A stretch of 64,000 bases of DNA. It comes from Paracoccus sp. (in: a-proteobacteria) (GTDB lineage Bacteria; Pseudomonadota; Alphaproteobacteria; Rhodobacterales; Rhodobacteraceae). Below the pieces are notes generated by a model, which was not told the DNA's origin, ran no database searches, and worked only from the letters and a program-made list of their open reading frames with translations. The first letter of the stretch is position 1, and each line of letters starts with the position of its first letter. Both the position numbers and the translations under genes were made by a program. Of the stretch, positions 18,086-28,841 are shown in pieces. The stretch covers positions 1,385-65,384 of the forward strand of contig JBKEAB010000169.1 of the NCBI GenBank assembly GCA_047971845.1, in the 5' to 3' direction.

Positions 18086-21000
18086 ATGGGACAGTTCTTC
18101 ATCCACCGTCCGGTCTTTGCCTGGGTGCTGGCCATTGTGACCATGCTGGCCGGGATCTACAGCCTGCTGGGCCTGCCAGTCTCGCAATATCCGGATCTTG
18201 CACCAACAACAATCCGGATCAGCGCCAGCTATTCCGGTGCGACGGCCGAAGCCGTCCAGAACTCCGTCACAACCCCCATCGAAGACACCCTAACCGGGAT
18301 CGATGGGCTGATTTATTTCGAATCCAGTTCTTCACAAGGTCGCTCCTCGCTGGAATTGACCTTTGATGACAGCGTGGATCCGACCGATGCGCTCAACGAT
18401 GTACAATCGAAAGTCCGTAGCGTCGAATCGCGCCTGCCATCGGCAGTACAATCAGATGGGGTCAGTGTTTCCCGTTCAACCTCATCCATTCTGATGGTCG
18501 GTGCATTGGTGTCCGCCGATAATCGTTATACCACAGTCGAACTGGGCAACATGCTGGAAGAAATTGTTGAAGGTCCGGTCAAGCGGGTATCAGGAGTGGG
18601 CGGGATCAATGCCTTTGGCTCCGGTTATGCCATGCGTATCTGGCTTAACCCGTTCCGGCTGGCACAGTTCGGCCTGCTGCCGACCGATATCACCTCGGCT
18701 GTATCGTCCCAGAACTCGACGGTCTCGGTCGGCTCCCTCGGGACACAGCCGGTTCTGCCGGGACAACAGTTCACCTCGACCATAACGGCACAAAGCCAGT
18801 TGACCAGTGCCGAAGATTTCAGCCGCATCCTGCTGAAAACCGGTGAAGATGGTGCTTCGGTCTGGCTTGGTGATGTCGCAGACATAGAAATCGGTCAGGA
18901 AAGCTATGGTTCGGACAGTCGTTTCAACGGGCAAAACGCAGCCGGGTTTGGCGTCAACCTGGAAACCGGAGCCAATGCCGTTGAAACCGCGCAAGGCGTT
19001 CGTGATGTTCTTGACAGTCTGAACAATGCCCTGCCCGAAGGGGTCGAATTGCGCATCGCCTATGATACGTCCCCATTTGTCGAACTATCCATTGAAAAAG
19101 TCTATCATACGCTGATCGAGGCAATCATTCTGGTTGTCGCGGTTATTCTGATTTTCCTGCAAAAATGGCGGGCCACGATTATCCCGGTCATTGTGGTGCC
19201 GGTGGTTCTTCTGGGGACATTTGCCGTTCTGGCGGTGCTTGGTTATTCCATCAATACGCTGACCATGTTTGCCATGGTTCTGGCCATCGGACTTCTGGTC
19301 GATGACGCCATTGTCGTCGTTGAAAATGTCGAACGTGTCATGCATGAAGATGCCATTGGCCCGGTTGAGGCCACCGAACGGTCCATGCGGCAGATTTCCG
19401 GTGCCCTGATCGGAATTGCGGCCGTCCTGTCGGCTGTATTCCTGCCTATGGCCTTCATGGCCGGATCGACCGGGGTCGTCTATCGTCAGTTCTCGGTTAC
19501 CATCATCACCGCAATGACGCTGTCTCTGGCCACTGCCCTGATCCTGACCCCGGCACAGACGGCAACTATCCTGCGACCACATCAGGACGACAGGGCGGGA
19601 TTTGCCCCAGCCCGCTGGTTCAACCGTAACTTCGACCGTCTTGCTGACCGGTATGCCGCGATCATTACCCGGTTTCTGCGCCGTCCCTTCATGGCATTTG
19701 TGATACTGGCCCTGATCGGTTCGGGGATCTGGGTTCTTTTTGGCCGGATGAGTTCAACCTTCCTGCCGACAGAGGATCAGGGTGTTCTGATGGTCCAGAT
19801 ATCCCTGTCTGAGGGTTCAACCTCACAGCAAACGGCAGCGATCCTTGAAGAGGTCGAGGATTACCTGCTTAATGAGGAAACCGGCGTGGAATCTATTTTT
19901 GGCACCCTCGGCTTCGGATTTTCCGGCAATTCACAAAGCCGGGCCATGCTGTTCGTGAAACTGAAAGACTTTAAGGAACGTGGCGACCCCGGGCTTGCTG
20001 CATCGGCTATCACACAGCGGGCCAATATGCGCTTCGGAAATGAGCGTGCTGGCCGGGTCAGCTTCCTGCAGCCTCCGCCCATTCAGGGTCTGGGTAATCA
20101 GGGTGGATTTGAACTGTTTCTGATTGACCAGACGGGACAGGGGATTGATGGGTTGCGTGCCGCATCCGCCGCAATTGAGACCGCCGCCGGGAATGATCCC
20201 CGCCTGTCAAATGTCCGTGGCCGCAGCGATGAGGACGATGCCGCCTTGCGGCTGGATATTGATGCACAGCGTGCCGAAGCGCTCGGGTTGAATCTGGATG
20301 AGGTCAATGGAATGCTTTCCGTGATCTTTTCCGGGCGCGAGGTCAATGATTTCGCCATGGGGGCCACCCTGCGGCCGGTCATCGTACAGGGGGATGCCAG
20401 CTATCGCATGCAGCCCAGAGATCTGGAAGCATGGTATGCCCGCAATTCATCAGGTGAGATGGTACCGTTCAGTGCCTTCAGTTCATATCGCTGGGAACCA
20501 GTCGCACCACGCCTGCAACGTTTCGAAGGATCTGATGCCATATCCATTTCAGGGGAGGCCGGGCCCGACGCGACATCAGGCGAGGCAATGGATGCAATGG
20601 AAGAGCTTGTCGCGGATCTGCCCGGCGGTTTTGGCGTGGCCTGGGTTGAACTGGCTTATCAGGAACGTCAGTCGGGCAATCAGGCCCCCTATCTTTACGC
20701 CCTTTCAGCACTTGTGGTCTTCCTGGCCCTTGCCGCTATCTATGAAAGCTGGACCGTACCAATGGCCGTGATCCTGTCTGTTCCGGTCGGTATCCTCGGA
20801 GCCGTCATTGCAGCACTGATCTTCGGACAATCAAACGACGTCTATTTCAAGGTCGGAATCCTGACAACCATCGGGCTCGCAGCAAAGAACGCAATCCTGA
20901 TCGTCGAATTCGCCCGGGTTCTGGAACTGGCAGGCCGCAGTACCATCGTGGCCGCGACCGAGGCAGCCCGGTTACGGTTGCGTCCGATCCTGATGACATC

Positions 21001-21244
21001 GCTTGCCTTCATCCTTGGAGTTCTGCCGCTGGCCCGGGCAACGGGTGCCGGAGCGGCTGCGCAGAACTCCATCGGGATCGGGGTCATGGGCGGGATGATC
21101 GCGGCTACCTTCATTGGCATCTTCCTTGTACCCAGCTTATATGTTGCCATCCGCCGGCTGTCCGGTCCCCTGCGCCCCTCACCCAAAAAACGGCAAGGCG
21201 CAGCCACACCTGATCACACTTCCGATCCTATTCCGGGTGAATGA
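18086..21244 (+). CDS. RND efflux transporter (AcrB/HAE1)
   Basis: FFIHRPVFAWV, GLLVDDAIVVVEN, GLAAKNAILIVEF and RLRPILMTS proton-relay residues are intact. Confidence 0.95.
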   Translation: MGQFFIHRPVFAWVLAIVTMLAGIYSLLGLPVSQYPDLAPTTIRISASYSGATAEAVQNSVTTPIEDTLTGIDGLIYFESSSSQGRSSLELTFDDSVDPTDALNDVQSKVRSVESRLPSAVQSDGVSVSRSTSSILMVGALVSADNRYTTVELGNMLEEIVEGPVKRVSGVGGINAFGSGYAMRIWLNPFRLAQFGLLPTDITSAVSSQNSTVSVGSLGTQPVLPGQQFTSTITAQSQLTSAEDFSRILLKTGEDGASVWLGDVADIEIGQESYGSDSRFNGQNAAGFGVNLETGANAVETAQGVRDVLDSLNNALPEGVELRIAYDTSPFVELSIEKVYHTLIEAIILVVAVILIFLQKWRATIIPVIVVPVVLLGTFAVLAVLGYSINTLTMFAMVLAIGLLVDDAIVVVENVERVMHEDAIGPVEATERSMRQISGALIGIAAVLSAVFLPMAFMAGSTGVVYRQFSVTIITAMTLSLATALILTPAQTATILRPHQDDRAGFAPARWFNRNFDRLADRYAAIITRFLRRPFMAFVILALIGSGIWVLFGRMSSTFLPTEDQGVLMVQISLSEGSTSQQTAAILEEVEDYLLNEETGVESIFGTLGFGFSGNSQSRAMLFVKLKDFKERGDPGLAASAITQRANMRFGNERAGRVSFLQPPPIQGLGNQGGFELFLIDQTGQGIDGLRAASAAIETAAGNDPRLSNVRGRSDEDDAALRLDIDAQRAEALGLNLDEVNGMLSVIFSGREVNDFAMGATLRPVIVQGDASYRMQPRDLEAWYARNSSGEMVPFSAFSSYRWEPVAPRLQRFEGSDAISISGEAGPDATSGEAMDAMEELVADLPGGFGVAWVELAYQERQSGNQAPYLYALSALVVFLALAAIYESWTVPMAVILSVPVGILGAVIAALIFGQSNDVYFKVGILTTIGLAAKNAILIVEFARVLELAGRSTIVAATEAARLRLRPILMTSLAFILGVLPLARATGAGAAAQNSIGIGVMGGMIAATFIGIFLVPSLYVAIRRLSGPLRPSPKKRQGAATPDHTSDPIPGE

Positions 21245-22493
21245 GGATCGCACGAAAATCATTGATATTGGTCAGGGTCGGGCCGGTTACAACCTGATCA
21301 CCAAGGGCTGCGAAAAAGCTATGCGCATCATTGCGGGCCAGAGCCTGCCTCATATCCAGCCCGGCCTGAGCGGCCCGGAATAATGTATCGGGGCCGATAA
21401 TGGCCCCGGCAATATCGGCAGCACCATCAATACCATCGGTATCACAGGCGATTGCATGAATGCCCGGTGCACCGTTCAGGGCCATAGCAAGAGCCAGGGC
21501 ATATTCCGCATTGGGTCCTCCGATCCCGTCACCAGATCGGGTCACGGTCAGTTCTCCCCCGGACATGATGACCAGCGGTGGATCACCCGGCTTCATTTCA
21601 GCCTGGATTTTCAAAGCCAGCATAGCATGACCGACTGCCACCTCACGTGCCTCACCGGCCAGATCATCTCCAAGGATGATATTGGCAAGGCCCCTTTCGC
21701 GTGCAAGGTCGGCTGCCGCGGCAAGTGATTGGACCGGAGCGGCAACGATCCGGTTTTCAGTCCGGGCAAGGCGTGGATCATCCGGTGCAATAACACCACT
21801 GACACCGCTCAGAACGGCATGGGCGCTTTCCGGTAACGCAATTCCCCAGCGGGAAACGATATCCATTGCATCTCTGACATCGGAAGCATCCCCGACCGTT
21901 GGCCCCGACCCGATCATTGCCGGATCATCGCCCGGCACATCGGAAATCATCAGTGTCACAACCTTGGCGGGCGCAGCAGCGGCAGCAAGCTGACCACCTT
22001 TTATCCCGCTCAGGTGCTTGCGCAGGATATTCATCTGCCTGATCGGAGCTCCGGATGCCAGAAGCTCCGCATTGACAGTCTGTTTGTCCTCAAGCGTCAT
22101 CTGACCTACGGGGGCACATAGCAGTGCCGACGCCCCTCCCGAAATCAGAACCAGAACCAGATCATTGCCATCAAGCCCTTTCAACATGGCCAGAAGCCGC
22201 GCCGTTGCCACAACCCCGGACTGATCAGGAACGGGATGCGCGGCTTCCACGATCTCAATTCCCCGTGTCGGGCGTCCATAGCCATAGCGGGTAATGACCA
22301 GCCCCTCACATGGTCCCCATTCGGCCTCAACAGCTTCGGCCATGCGTGCGGATGCCTTGCCTGCCCCAACGACCAGAAGCCGCCCCTTTGGGCGTTCAGG
22401 AAGGTTAGGGGCGATAAACCGCATCGGATCCGCAACCTGTACGGCATGGTCAAAGAGATCACGCAATATTGTACAGTCCGTCATATCTATCAT
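21228..22493 (-). CDS. Glycerate kinase type II (MOFRL / TtuD-like)
   Basis: GAGKAS, AHPVPD, LISGGASAL, SDVPGDD, SGPT, GGE.TV, TDGIDG and TGPTLTNIND. Confidence 0.92.
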   Translation of the reverse strand: MIDMTDCTILRDLFDHAVQVADPMRFIAPNLPERPKGRLLVVGAGKASARMAEAVEAEWGPCEGLVITRYGYGRPTRGIEIVEAAHPVPDQSGVVATARLLAMLKGLDGNDLVLVLISGGASALLCAPVGQMTLEDKQTVNAELLASGAPIRQMNILRKHLSGIKGGQLAAAAAPAKVVTLMISDVPGDDPAMIGSGPTVGDASDVRDAMDIVSRWGIALPESAHAVLSGVSGVIAPDDPRLARTENRIVAAPVQSLAAAADLARERGLANIILGDDLAGEAREVAVGHAMLALKIQAEMKPGDPPLVIMSGGELTVTRSGDGIGGPNAEYALALAMALNGAPGIHAIACDTDGIDGAADIAGAIIGPDTLFRAAQAGLDMRQALARNDAHSFFAALGDQVVTGPTLTNINDFRAILIHPE

Positions 22494-23497
22494 CCCTCCC
22501 CCAGACTCGATGCGCGCGCAATCAGGGTGACAGGTGCACGGATTTCAGCCGGAGGAATGGTGCCTCGCTTCAGCCAGTCCAGCAACCGTCCCGCCGCATC
22601 ATTTCCAAAACGCACAATATCACAACTGACCGAAGAAAGCGCCGGCCAGACCTCGGCACATTCTTCGATACCATCGAAGCCAACCAGCCGGACATCCTGC
22701 CCGACCCTGCGTCCGGACCGGGCGAGGCCGTTCATCAGGCCCAATGCCACAAGATCGTTGAAGCACAGGACGGCTTCAGTTTCAGTTGGCAGGGAAAGGG
22801 CCGCCTCATGCCCTTCATGCCGGGTTATCGGCCCTTCCAGGATCAGCGGTTCATATCCGGCTCTGTGCATTTCAGCCAGATAGCCCGAGATACGTTCCGC
22901 CGTAATCCACCGGTCCGGTCGTCCACCCAGAAAGGCAATCCGCCGACACCCCAGGTCAAGAAGATGGCGTGTCGCTTCTGCCCCACCAGCCCCGTAATCA
23001 AAAGATGCAAAAGGGATCTCCTCACTACTGCTGCCTTCGATCCGGCGCAGCACTTGCATGGCCGGAATTTGCGCAGCCGCCACATGATCCATGACCGGTC
23101 CGGGATCGCCGAATGCCGGCGAAATAACCAGCCCCGCCACCCCATGTTCCGTCATGGAGCGAACAAGCTGGGCCTGCCTGTCCGGGTCTTCATCCGAGTT
23201 GCCGATCACGGTGGCATAACCCTGTTCTGCCATCGCCATCTGCACGGAGGTCGCAAATTCGGTAAAGAAAGGGTTCCGCAGGTCATTGATGACCAGTCCG
23301 ATCAGTCCGGTCGATGCGGAACGCAGGTTTGCCGCCGCCCGGTTATAGACATAGCCGACCTGTGCCATCGCATCCCGCACGGCAAGTGCGGTTTCCTCCC
23401 GCACCAGATCACTGTCCTGAAGGACCAGAGAGACAGTGGATTTCGAGACCCCTGCCCGATGTGCCACATCCAGAATGGTCGGCCGTCGCTTTATCAT
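22490..23497 (-). CDS. LacI-family transcriptional regulator
   Basis: TILDVAHRAGVSKSTVSLVL HTH, YVYNRAAANLR hinge, NPFF, CFNDLVA and VGFD. Confidence 0.95.
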   Translation of the reverse strand: MIKRRPTILDVAHRAGVSKSTVSLVLQDSDLVREETALAVRDAMAQVGYVYNRAAANLRSASTGLIGLVINDLRNPFFTEFATSVQMAMAEQGYATVIGNSDEDPDRQAQLVRSMTEHGVAGLVISPAFGDPGPVMDHVAAAQIPAMQVLRRIEGSSSEEIPFASFDYGAGGAEATRHLLDLGCRRIAFLGGRPDRWITAERISGYLAEMHRAGYEPLILEGPITRHEGHEAALSLPTETEAVLCFNDLVALGLMNGLARSGRRVGQDVRLVGFDGIEECAEVWPALSSVSCDIVRFGNDAAGRLLDWLKRGTIPPAEIRAPVTLIARASSLGEG

Positions 23498-24660
23498 CCC
23501 TCAATACCATAAATTGCCAGCAATTTCCGCATGCGTGCCACAGCCAGGTCGGGGTTCATAAGCAATCCGGCCGCCGCCGCCAACCGGAAAATTTCTGCGT
23601 AATGCGTAATTGAGCGTGACGACTGGAACCCTGCCGGCATGATGAAATGCGACTGCGCTCCGTTCAGCCAGGCAAGAAACGCAACCCCTGCCTTATAAAA
23701 CCGGGTCGGAGTCCGGAAGATTTCACGAGACAGCGGTACTGTCGGTTCAAGCAGGCCGTCATAGGTTGCGCGATCACCGTTTGCCAATGCCTCCAGGGCT
23801 TGTGCTGCCGCAGGTGCAATTGCTGCGAAGATCCCCAGAAGCGCATGAGAATGATGAACTCCATCCCCCGCTATCAGCGACGCATAATTAAAATCATCCC
23901 CGGTATACAGCTTTATATCCTCGGGAAGATGGGCACGGAAAAATTCTTCATGCACCTGATCAAGCAATGATATCTTGATTCCGTCAACCTTGTCCCGATG
24001 CGTCTCGATCAGTGTCAGGACCACATCCGATGCGGTTCCGATATCCACGCTGCCCCAATATCCCTTAAGTTCCGGATCAAACATATCCCCCAGCCAGTGC
24101 AGGATCACCGGATCCCTTGCCTGAGAGATCAGCCGGTCATAGACATGCATGTAGTCATCAGGCCGTGCACCTATGGCCGGCAGGGCGCGGGTTGCCATCA
24201 GGATCAGCTGGCCACCTTCAGATTCGATCGCAGCCATCTGATGTTCATAGGCTGCAATGATCGCATTCACGTCAGGCATCTCTGCCAGTGTCTTGTGATC
24301 CGTCCCCGCGCCGCAGGCAACACGGGGGCGTAACGGATGAACCTTTGCAGCCGCCATCGTCCTGGCAATCAACTCACGTGCCGTTTCCCAGTCAACACCC
24401 ATGCCCCGCTGCGCAGTATCCATCGCCTCTGCCAGGCCCAGACCCTGATCCCATAGACTATTGCGAAAACTCAGCGTGGCTTCCCAGTCTACAGACGGGC
24501 GTCCCATCCACGGATCACGTTCCGCCAGCGGGTCACTGACAACATGAGCTGCGGCAAAGGCCACGCGGGTGAAGGGGACAACAGGCGAACGCGGGACCAG
24601 TGGTGTGCGCGTGATGCAGAAGGGCTCAAGGGTCCCGTCAGCGTTCGGCAGATTCAGCAT
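23494..24660 (-). CDS. DUF993 / dihydrodipicolinate-synthase-like TIM-barrel protein
   Basis: AFAAAHVV.DP, AEAMDTAQRGMG, ILHWLG.MFDP, DGIKISLL, YTGDDFNY, SHALLGIF. Confidence 0.85.
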   Translation of the reverse strand: MLNLPNADGTLEPFCITRTPLVPRSPVVPFTRVAFAAAHVVSDPLAERDPWMGRPSVDWEATLSFRNSLWDQGLGLAEAMDTAQRGMGVDWETARELIARTMAAAKVHPLRPRVACGAGTDHKTLAEMPDVNAIIAAYEHQMAAIESEGGQLILMATRALPAIGARPDDYMHVYDRLISQARDPVILHWLGDMFDPELKGYWGSVDIGTASDVVLTLIETHRDKVDGIKISLLDQVHEEFFRAHLPEDIKLYTGDDFNYASLIAGDGVHHSHALLGIFAAIAPAAAQALEALANGDRATYDGLLEPTVPLSREIFRTPTRFYKAGVAFLAWLNGAQSHFIMPAGFQSSRSITHYAEIFRLAAAAGLLMNPDLAVARMRKLLAIYGIEG

Positions 24661-24977
24661 GGATCAATCCTTTGGGACAAGTCAAAGACCAGAATACCGT
24701 CCAGCCCACCAACCGTATTTTCGATCATCATATCACTGACATGGCGACAATCAGGATGGGCCTGACAGGCAGCAAGGGCATCCCGGTCGGTAAAATCGGC
24801 AACACAACCATGCAGATACCTCCTTTCAATCCGCTGAGGACTTTCACTGCGCCCCGCAGTGATCCCGATTAGTCCCGGTAACACCCTGCAGATACGGTCA
24901 AATTCGCCTATGATTCCGGCAATACATGCCTCGGATATATCATCGCGAAAGCAGATCAGAGTAATGTGACGGATCAT
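24654..24977 (-). CDS. Dabb (stress-responsive A/B barrel) protein, divergent
   Basis: MIRHI.L..F, GRSESP and LVFD pattern; the usual Y..HP.H reads CQAHPDC here. Confidence 0.7.
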   Translation of the reverse strand: MIRHITLICFRDDISEACIAGIIGEFDRICRVLPGLIGITAGRSESPQRIERRYLHGCVADFTDRDALAACQAHPDCRHVSDMMIENTVGGLDGILVFDLSQRIDPC

Positions 24978-26575
24978 GCCCGGACCCCATGATCCGTCTT
25001 GACCATATCTGCCGCCTTTTCAGCGATCATGATTGTGGGTGCATTGGTATTCGATGAAACCAGTCTCGGCATGATCGAAGCATCGGCAATGCGCAGCCCC
25101 TCAATCCCATTGAAACGCAGCCGGGTATCGACAACGGCAGCGGCATCACTCCCCATCCGACAGGTGCCCGCAGGATGGTGATCAGTCTTGGCATTCGCAC
25201 AGGCATGTTCGAAATATTCCTGATCCGTACGCACCAAGGGTCCCGGCAGGACCTCGCGCCGGACAAATGGCTTCAGGGCATCCTGCGACATGATTTCCTG
25301 TACCAGCTTCAACCCCTGGATCGACATGTCGCGATCATGTGGCTCTGCCCAGTAATTCGGATCAATTAATGGAGCGGATCCCGGGCTGGCATCAGCAAGC
25401 CGGACCGTCCCGCGCGAACGAGGCCGCAAATAAGCCGAGTTCAGCGTAACACCGCCATCCGGCATGGCTGCCACTCCGGCTTCAATCCCCGACCCGAGGC
25501 CCAGATGGAACTGGACATCCGGAGAGCGGGGCCCCTCTTCCAGATACCAGAATCCTCCGGTCTCAAACAGGCTGGATGCAACCGGCCCCTTGCGGGTTAG
25601 CAGATACTGCATTCCGGCGATGACAGACCACCAGGGTTTGGCATAACGGTCATAGGTATGCGGCCCGCTGCATTCCCAAATGGTGAACAGGTCCAGATGA
25701 TCCTGCAAATCAGAACCGACACCCGGCTGATCATGAACAAGGTCAACCCCCACTTTATGCAGGTGATCCGCCGGACCAATCCCCGAAAGCAGCAGCAAAC
25801 GTGGTGAGCCAATGGCACCCGATGACAGGATGATTTCCGAGCTGACATCAATCCGCCTGACACCAGAGCCGTCATCGACCCGGATACCACAGGCCCGTCC
25901 GGATTCGATTATGATATTGAGAACCTGCGCCCCTGACAGGACCGTCAGGTTCGGCCGCGACCGTGCCGGATCCAGAAATGCTACCGCCGTCGAGGATCTG
26001 CGGGCATGTTTCTGGGTCAGCTGGTAATAGCCCACCCCATCCTGACTTTCACCGGTCATATCCTGATTGGTTGGAATGCCCAACTGGCCGGCAGCAGCAA
26101 AATAGGCATCACAAATCGGCAGTGGAGCTATAGGCTGTGAAACCCCAAGCAGCCCACCCTGGCTGTGAAACCGGTCATTATAGGTATCATTATCTTCGGA
26201 TTTACGAAAATAGGGCAGGATATCTTCGTAGCCCCAGCCATCACAGCCTATCTGACGCCATTCATCATAATCAAGGGCATTGCCACGGGTATAGATCTGG
26301 GCATTGACACTGGAACCGCCACCCAGAACCCGCGCCTGAGTAAAGCGGATCTCCCGATTCATCATATGCCGCTGCGGAACCGTGGACCAGCCCCAGCTAC
26401 CAATCCCCTTCGTCATCTTGGCAAAGCCCGCCGGCATGGCGTAAAAGGGATGTCGCGGACGCGGACCTGCCTCAACCAGCAGCACTGTGGCGTCGGGGAT
26501 TTCGGATAGCCGTGCCGCCAGCACACAACCGGCACTACCCCCGCCAACGATAATAAAGTCATATCCTTCGGCCAT
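24974..26575 (-). CDS. GMC oxidoreductase (choline/L-sorbose dehydrogenase-like)
   Basis: YDFIIVGGGSAGCVLAARLSE, GGGSSVNAQIYTRG, LLSGIG, HHPAGTCRMG, NTNAPTIMIAEK. Start trimmed to 26575. Confidence 0.92.
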   Translation of the reverse strand: MAEGYDFIIVGGGSAGCVLAARLSEIPDATVLLVEAGPRPRHPFYAMPAGFAKMTKGIGSWGWSTVPQRHMMNREIRFTQARVLGGGSSVNAQIYTRGNALDYDEWRQIGCDGWGYEDILPYFRKSEDNDTYNDRFHSQGGLLGVSQPIAPLPICDAYFAAAGQLGIPTNQDMTGESQDGVGYYQLTQKHARRSSTAVAFLDPARSRPNLTVLSGAQVLNIIIESGRACGIRVDDGSGVRRIDVSSEIILSSGAIGSPRLLLLSGIGPADHLHKVGVDLVHDQPGVGSDLQDHLDLFTIWECSGPHTYDRYAKPWWSVIAGMQYLLTRKGPVASSLFETGGFWYLEEGPRSPDVQFHLGLGSGIEAGVAAMPDGGVTLNSAYLRPRSRGTVRLADASPGSAPLIDPNYWAEPHDRDMSIQGLKLVQEIMSQDALKPFVRREVLPGPLVRTDQEYFEHACANAKTDHHPAGTCRMGSDAAAVVDTRLRFNGIEGLRIADASIMPRLVSSNTNAPTIMIAEKAADMVKTDHGVRA

Positions 26576-26588
26576 GGCAGCCTCCTTG

Positions 26589-27347
26589 TTAGAGTCTGGG
26601 AATGGACAGCCCGCCATCCACCGCAATCACACAGCCCGTCGAAAAGGCCATCTCACCCCGGACCAGCGGCAAGACTGCCCGACCGATATCTTCCGGTTGA
26701 CCCCAGCGTCCGGCCGGGACCAGCCCGTCACCGATAAGGGCATCATATTTGTCAGCCACCCCTGCCGTCATAGGGCTGTGGATGATGCCCGGACGCAGTT
26801 CGAAAACGCCTATCCCGGCCGAAGCCAGGCGGGTTGCAAACAGCCCGGCCATCATAGAGGTACCAGCCTTCGACATGCAGTATTCGGCACGTTCGGCTGA
26901 GACCATTCCGGCACTAACAGATGTGATAAAGATCAGGGACTGATAGGAAGAAGCACCAGTCCGGGCCAGCATCCGCCGGGCCACCTGCTGCGCAAGGAAA
27001 AAGTTGCCACGCAGGTTGACCCCCATGGTCCAGTCGAAATCCTCCACCGCAATATCCAGCATGTCACCGCGGGTGCGTGCCGGGACACCAGCATTGGCTA
27101 TCAGAGAACTGACCGGACCAAGATCCTTTTCCACGGCATCCAGCAATGCCGGGATCCCATCAACCCGGGCAATGTCATGCTGGTAGTATCGCGCATCCGG
27201 ACCAAGCGCCGCCATGGCCCCCGTCACATGGCCGGAGGCTTGCTCGGCAACAATGGCAAGGCGAAATCCGGCATCTCGCAAGATCATGGCAATGCCAAGC
27301 CCGATCCCCTGCTGGCCACCGGTAACAAGGGCAAGATTACCACTCAT
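26589..27347 (-). CDS. Short-chain dehydrogenase/reductase
   Basis: VTGGQQGIG, NAG, YCMSK catalytic motif, RPGII. Confidence 0.9.
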   Translation of the reverse strand: MSGNLALVTGGQQGIGLGIAMILRDAGFRLAIVAEQASGHVTGAMAALGPDARYYQHDIARVDGIPALLDAVEKDLGPVSSLIANAGVPARTRGDMLDIAVEDFDWTMGVNLRGNFFLAQQVARRMLARTGASSYQSLIFITSVSAGMVSAERAEYCMSKAGTSMMAGLFATRLASAGIGVFELRPGIIHSPMTAGVADKYDALIGDGLVPAGRWGQPEDIGRAVLPLVRGEMAFSTGCVIAVDGGLSIPRL

Positions 27348-28840
27348 GGTGCCCAGTCCTTTCCACGGATATGATCAGCCGCACGCAAGGATAATGCAGC
27401 AATGGTCAAAGCAGGATTGACCGCCGCCGAGGTCGGCAACACACTGGCATCGGTAACGAAAAGGTTCGGGTGATCATGGCAGCGACCATGACTGTCCACG
27501 ACACTCGATGCCGGATCATGTCCCATCCGCGCCGTACCGCATTGATGCGAGGGCGTACGCCGGTCAAATGGCTTGGACAGCACAATCGGGAAGCCCGCCC
27601 GGCGCAGTTCGGATTTCAGGCGGGAAACCAGCATTTCATGCGCGGCCTGATTGGAGCGTTTCCAATCCAGCACGATCTGTCCGTCCCGCACCATGATACG
27701 GCTTTCGGGGTTGGGCAAATCCTCCGACATTGCATAAAGGTCAATCGCACGTGACGCGATCAGACCTGCCAAGGGACGAGGCAAACCTGACCCCGCTGCA
27801 AGGATCGGACCGGACACCCGTCCAAGCAGCTGGATATTGCCCAGCGGTTCCCCTTGCGGACCACCGGTTGTGTAGAAATCATTTACCATAAGCGTTTTCT
27901 GATAAATGCTGTGATTGCGCCGGAAAGGATGTATGGCCAGCACAGCCGAACAGTTGTGGTTCATGAAGTTCCGGCCAAGCTGGTCCGAACCATTGGCCAA
28001 TCCAGACGGATGCATCTCATCCGCAGACCCCAGCAGCAGTGCCGCTGTATTGACCGCCCCGGCAGCCATGGCAAAAAGCGGAGCCTCAATCCGGCACATG
28101 CCATCCGGACCTGCTGCATACAGCGCCACAATCCGACCATCCGGTCCACATTCAAGCCGTTTGGCGAGGTGGCCGCTCAGCAAGGTCACATTCGGATAAC
28201 GAAGGGCCTCGGCAATACCAACGGATTCTGCATCCATCTTGGCGCCAGTTATATCGGGATGGCCATCCCATGGCGTTTTGGCACGTTCCAACCAACGATC
28301 CAGATCAATCCCCAACGGCAGGGATGAAGGATTTAGCCCAATTCCTTTCAACCGGCTTCGAAAATCGGCGATTTCAGGTTCATCCGGAACTGCTGGAAAG
28401 GGATAGGTGCCTGAATGCGGTGGCTCAGTCGGATCATCACCCAGCTCACCCCGCACACGGTAAAAATTCTCAGCCGCCTGATACCATGGCTCCAGATCAG
28501 CATAACCGATGGGCCAGCCCGCCGACATCCCGCCCATATGCCGGACGGGGCTGAAATCGCATTCACGATAGCGCAGCAAGACTGCGCCATACATCTTCGA
28601 ATTTCCTCCGATATAATAGAAATTGCCGGGGCTGAATTCCGTTCCCTGTTCATCAAGCCACATCTCTTCGGAGCGAAAGTGACCTCGTGCAAAGATTGCC
28701 GAAGGGTCACGTGCCTCGGGACTGTCAGGCAGCTTCCGCCCACGTTCGACAATCAGGATGCGTTTGCCCGATGGGGCAAGTGCGGCGGCAAGGGTCGCCC
28801 CGCCCATACCCGATCCAATGATAACCAGATCCGCCTGCAT
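27344..28840 (-). CDS. GMC oxidoreductase (second, distinct subfamily)
   Basis: IIGSGMGG, GGNSKMYGA, GRNFMNH, HQCGTARMG, NPALTI. Confidence 0.9.
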   Translation of the reverse strand: MQADLVIIGSGMGGATLAAALAPSGKRILIVERGRKLPDSPEARDPSAIFARGHFRSEEMWLDEQGTEFSPGNFYYIGGNSKMYGAVLLRYRECDFSPVRHMGGMSAGWPIGYADLEPWYQAAENFYRVRGELGDDPTEPPHSGTYPFPAVPDEPEIADFRSRLKGIGLNPSSLPLGIDLDRWLERAKTPWDGHPDITGAKMDAESVGIAEALRYPNVTLLSGHLAKRLECGPDGRIVALYAAGPDGMCRIEAPLFAMAAGAVNTAALLLGSADEMHPSGLANGSDQLGRNFMNHNCSAVLAIHPFRRNHSIYQKTLMVNDFYTTGGPQGEPLGNIQLLGRVSGPILAAGSGLPRPLAGLIASRAIDLYAMSEDLPNPESRIMVRDGQIVLDWKRSNQAAHEMLVSRLKSELRRAGFPIVLSKPFDRRTPSHQCGTARMGHDPASSVVDSHGRCHDHPNLFVTDASVLPTSAAVNPALTIAALSLRAADHIRGKDWAP

Positions 28841-28841
28841 C

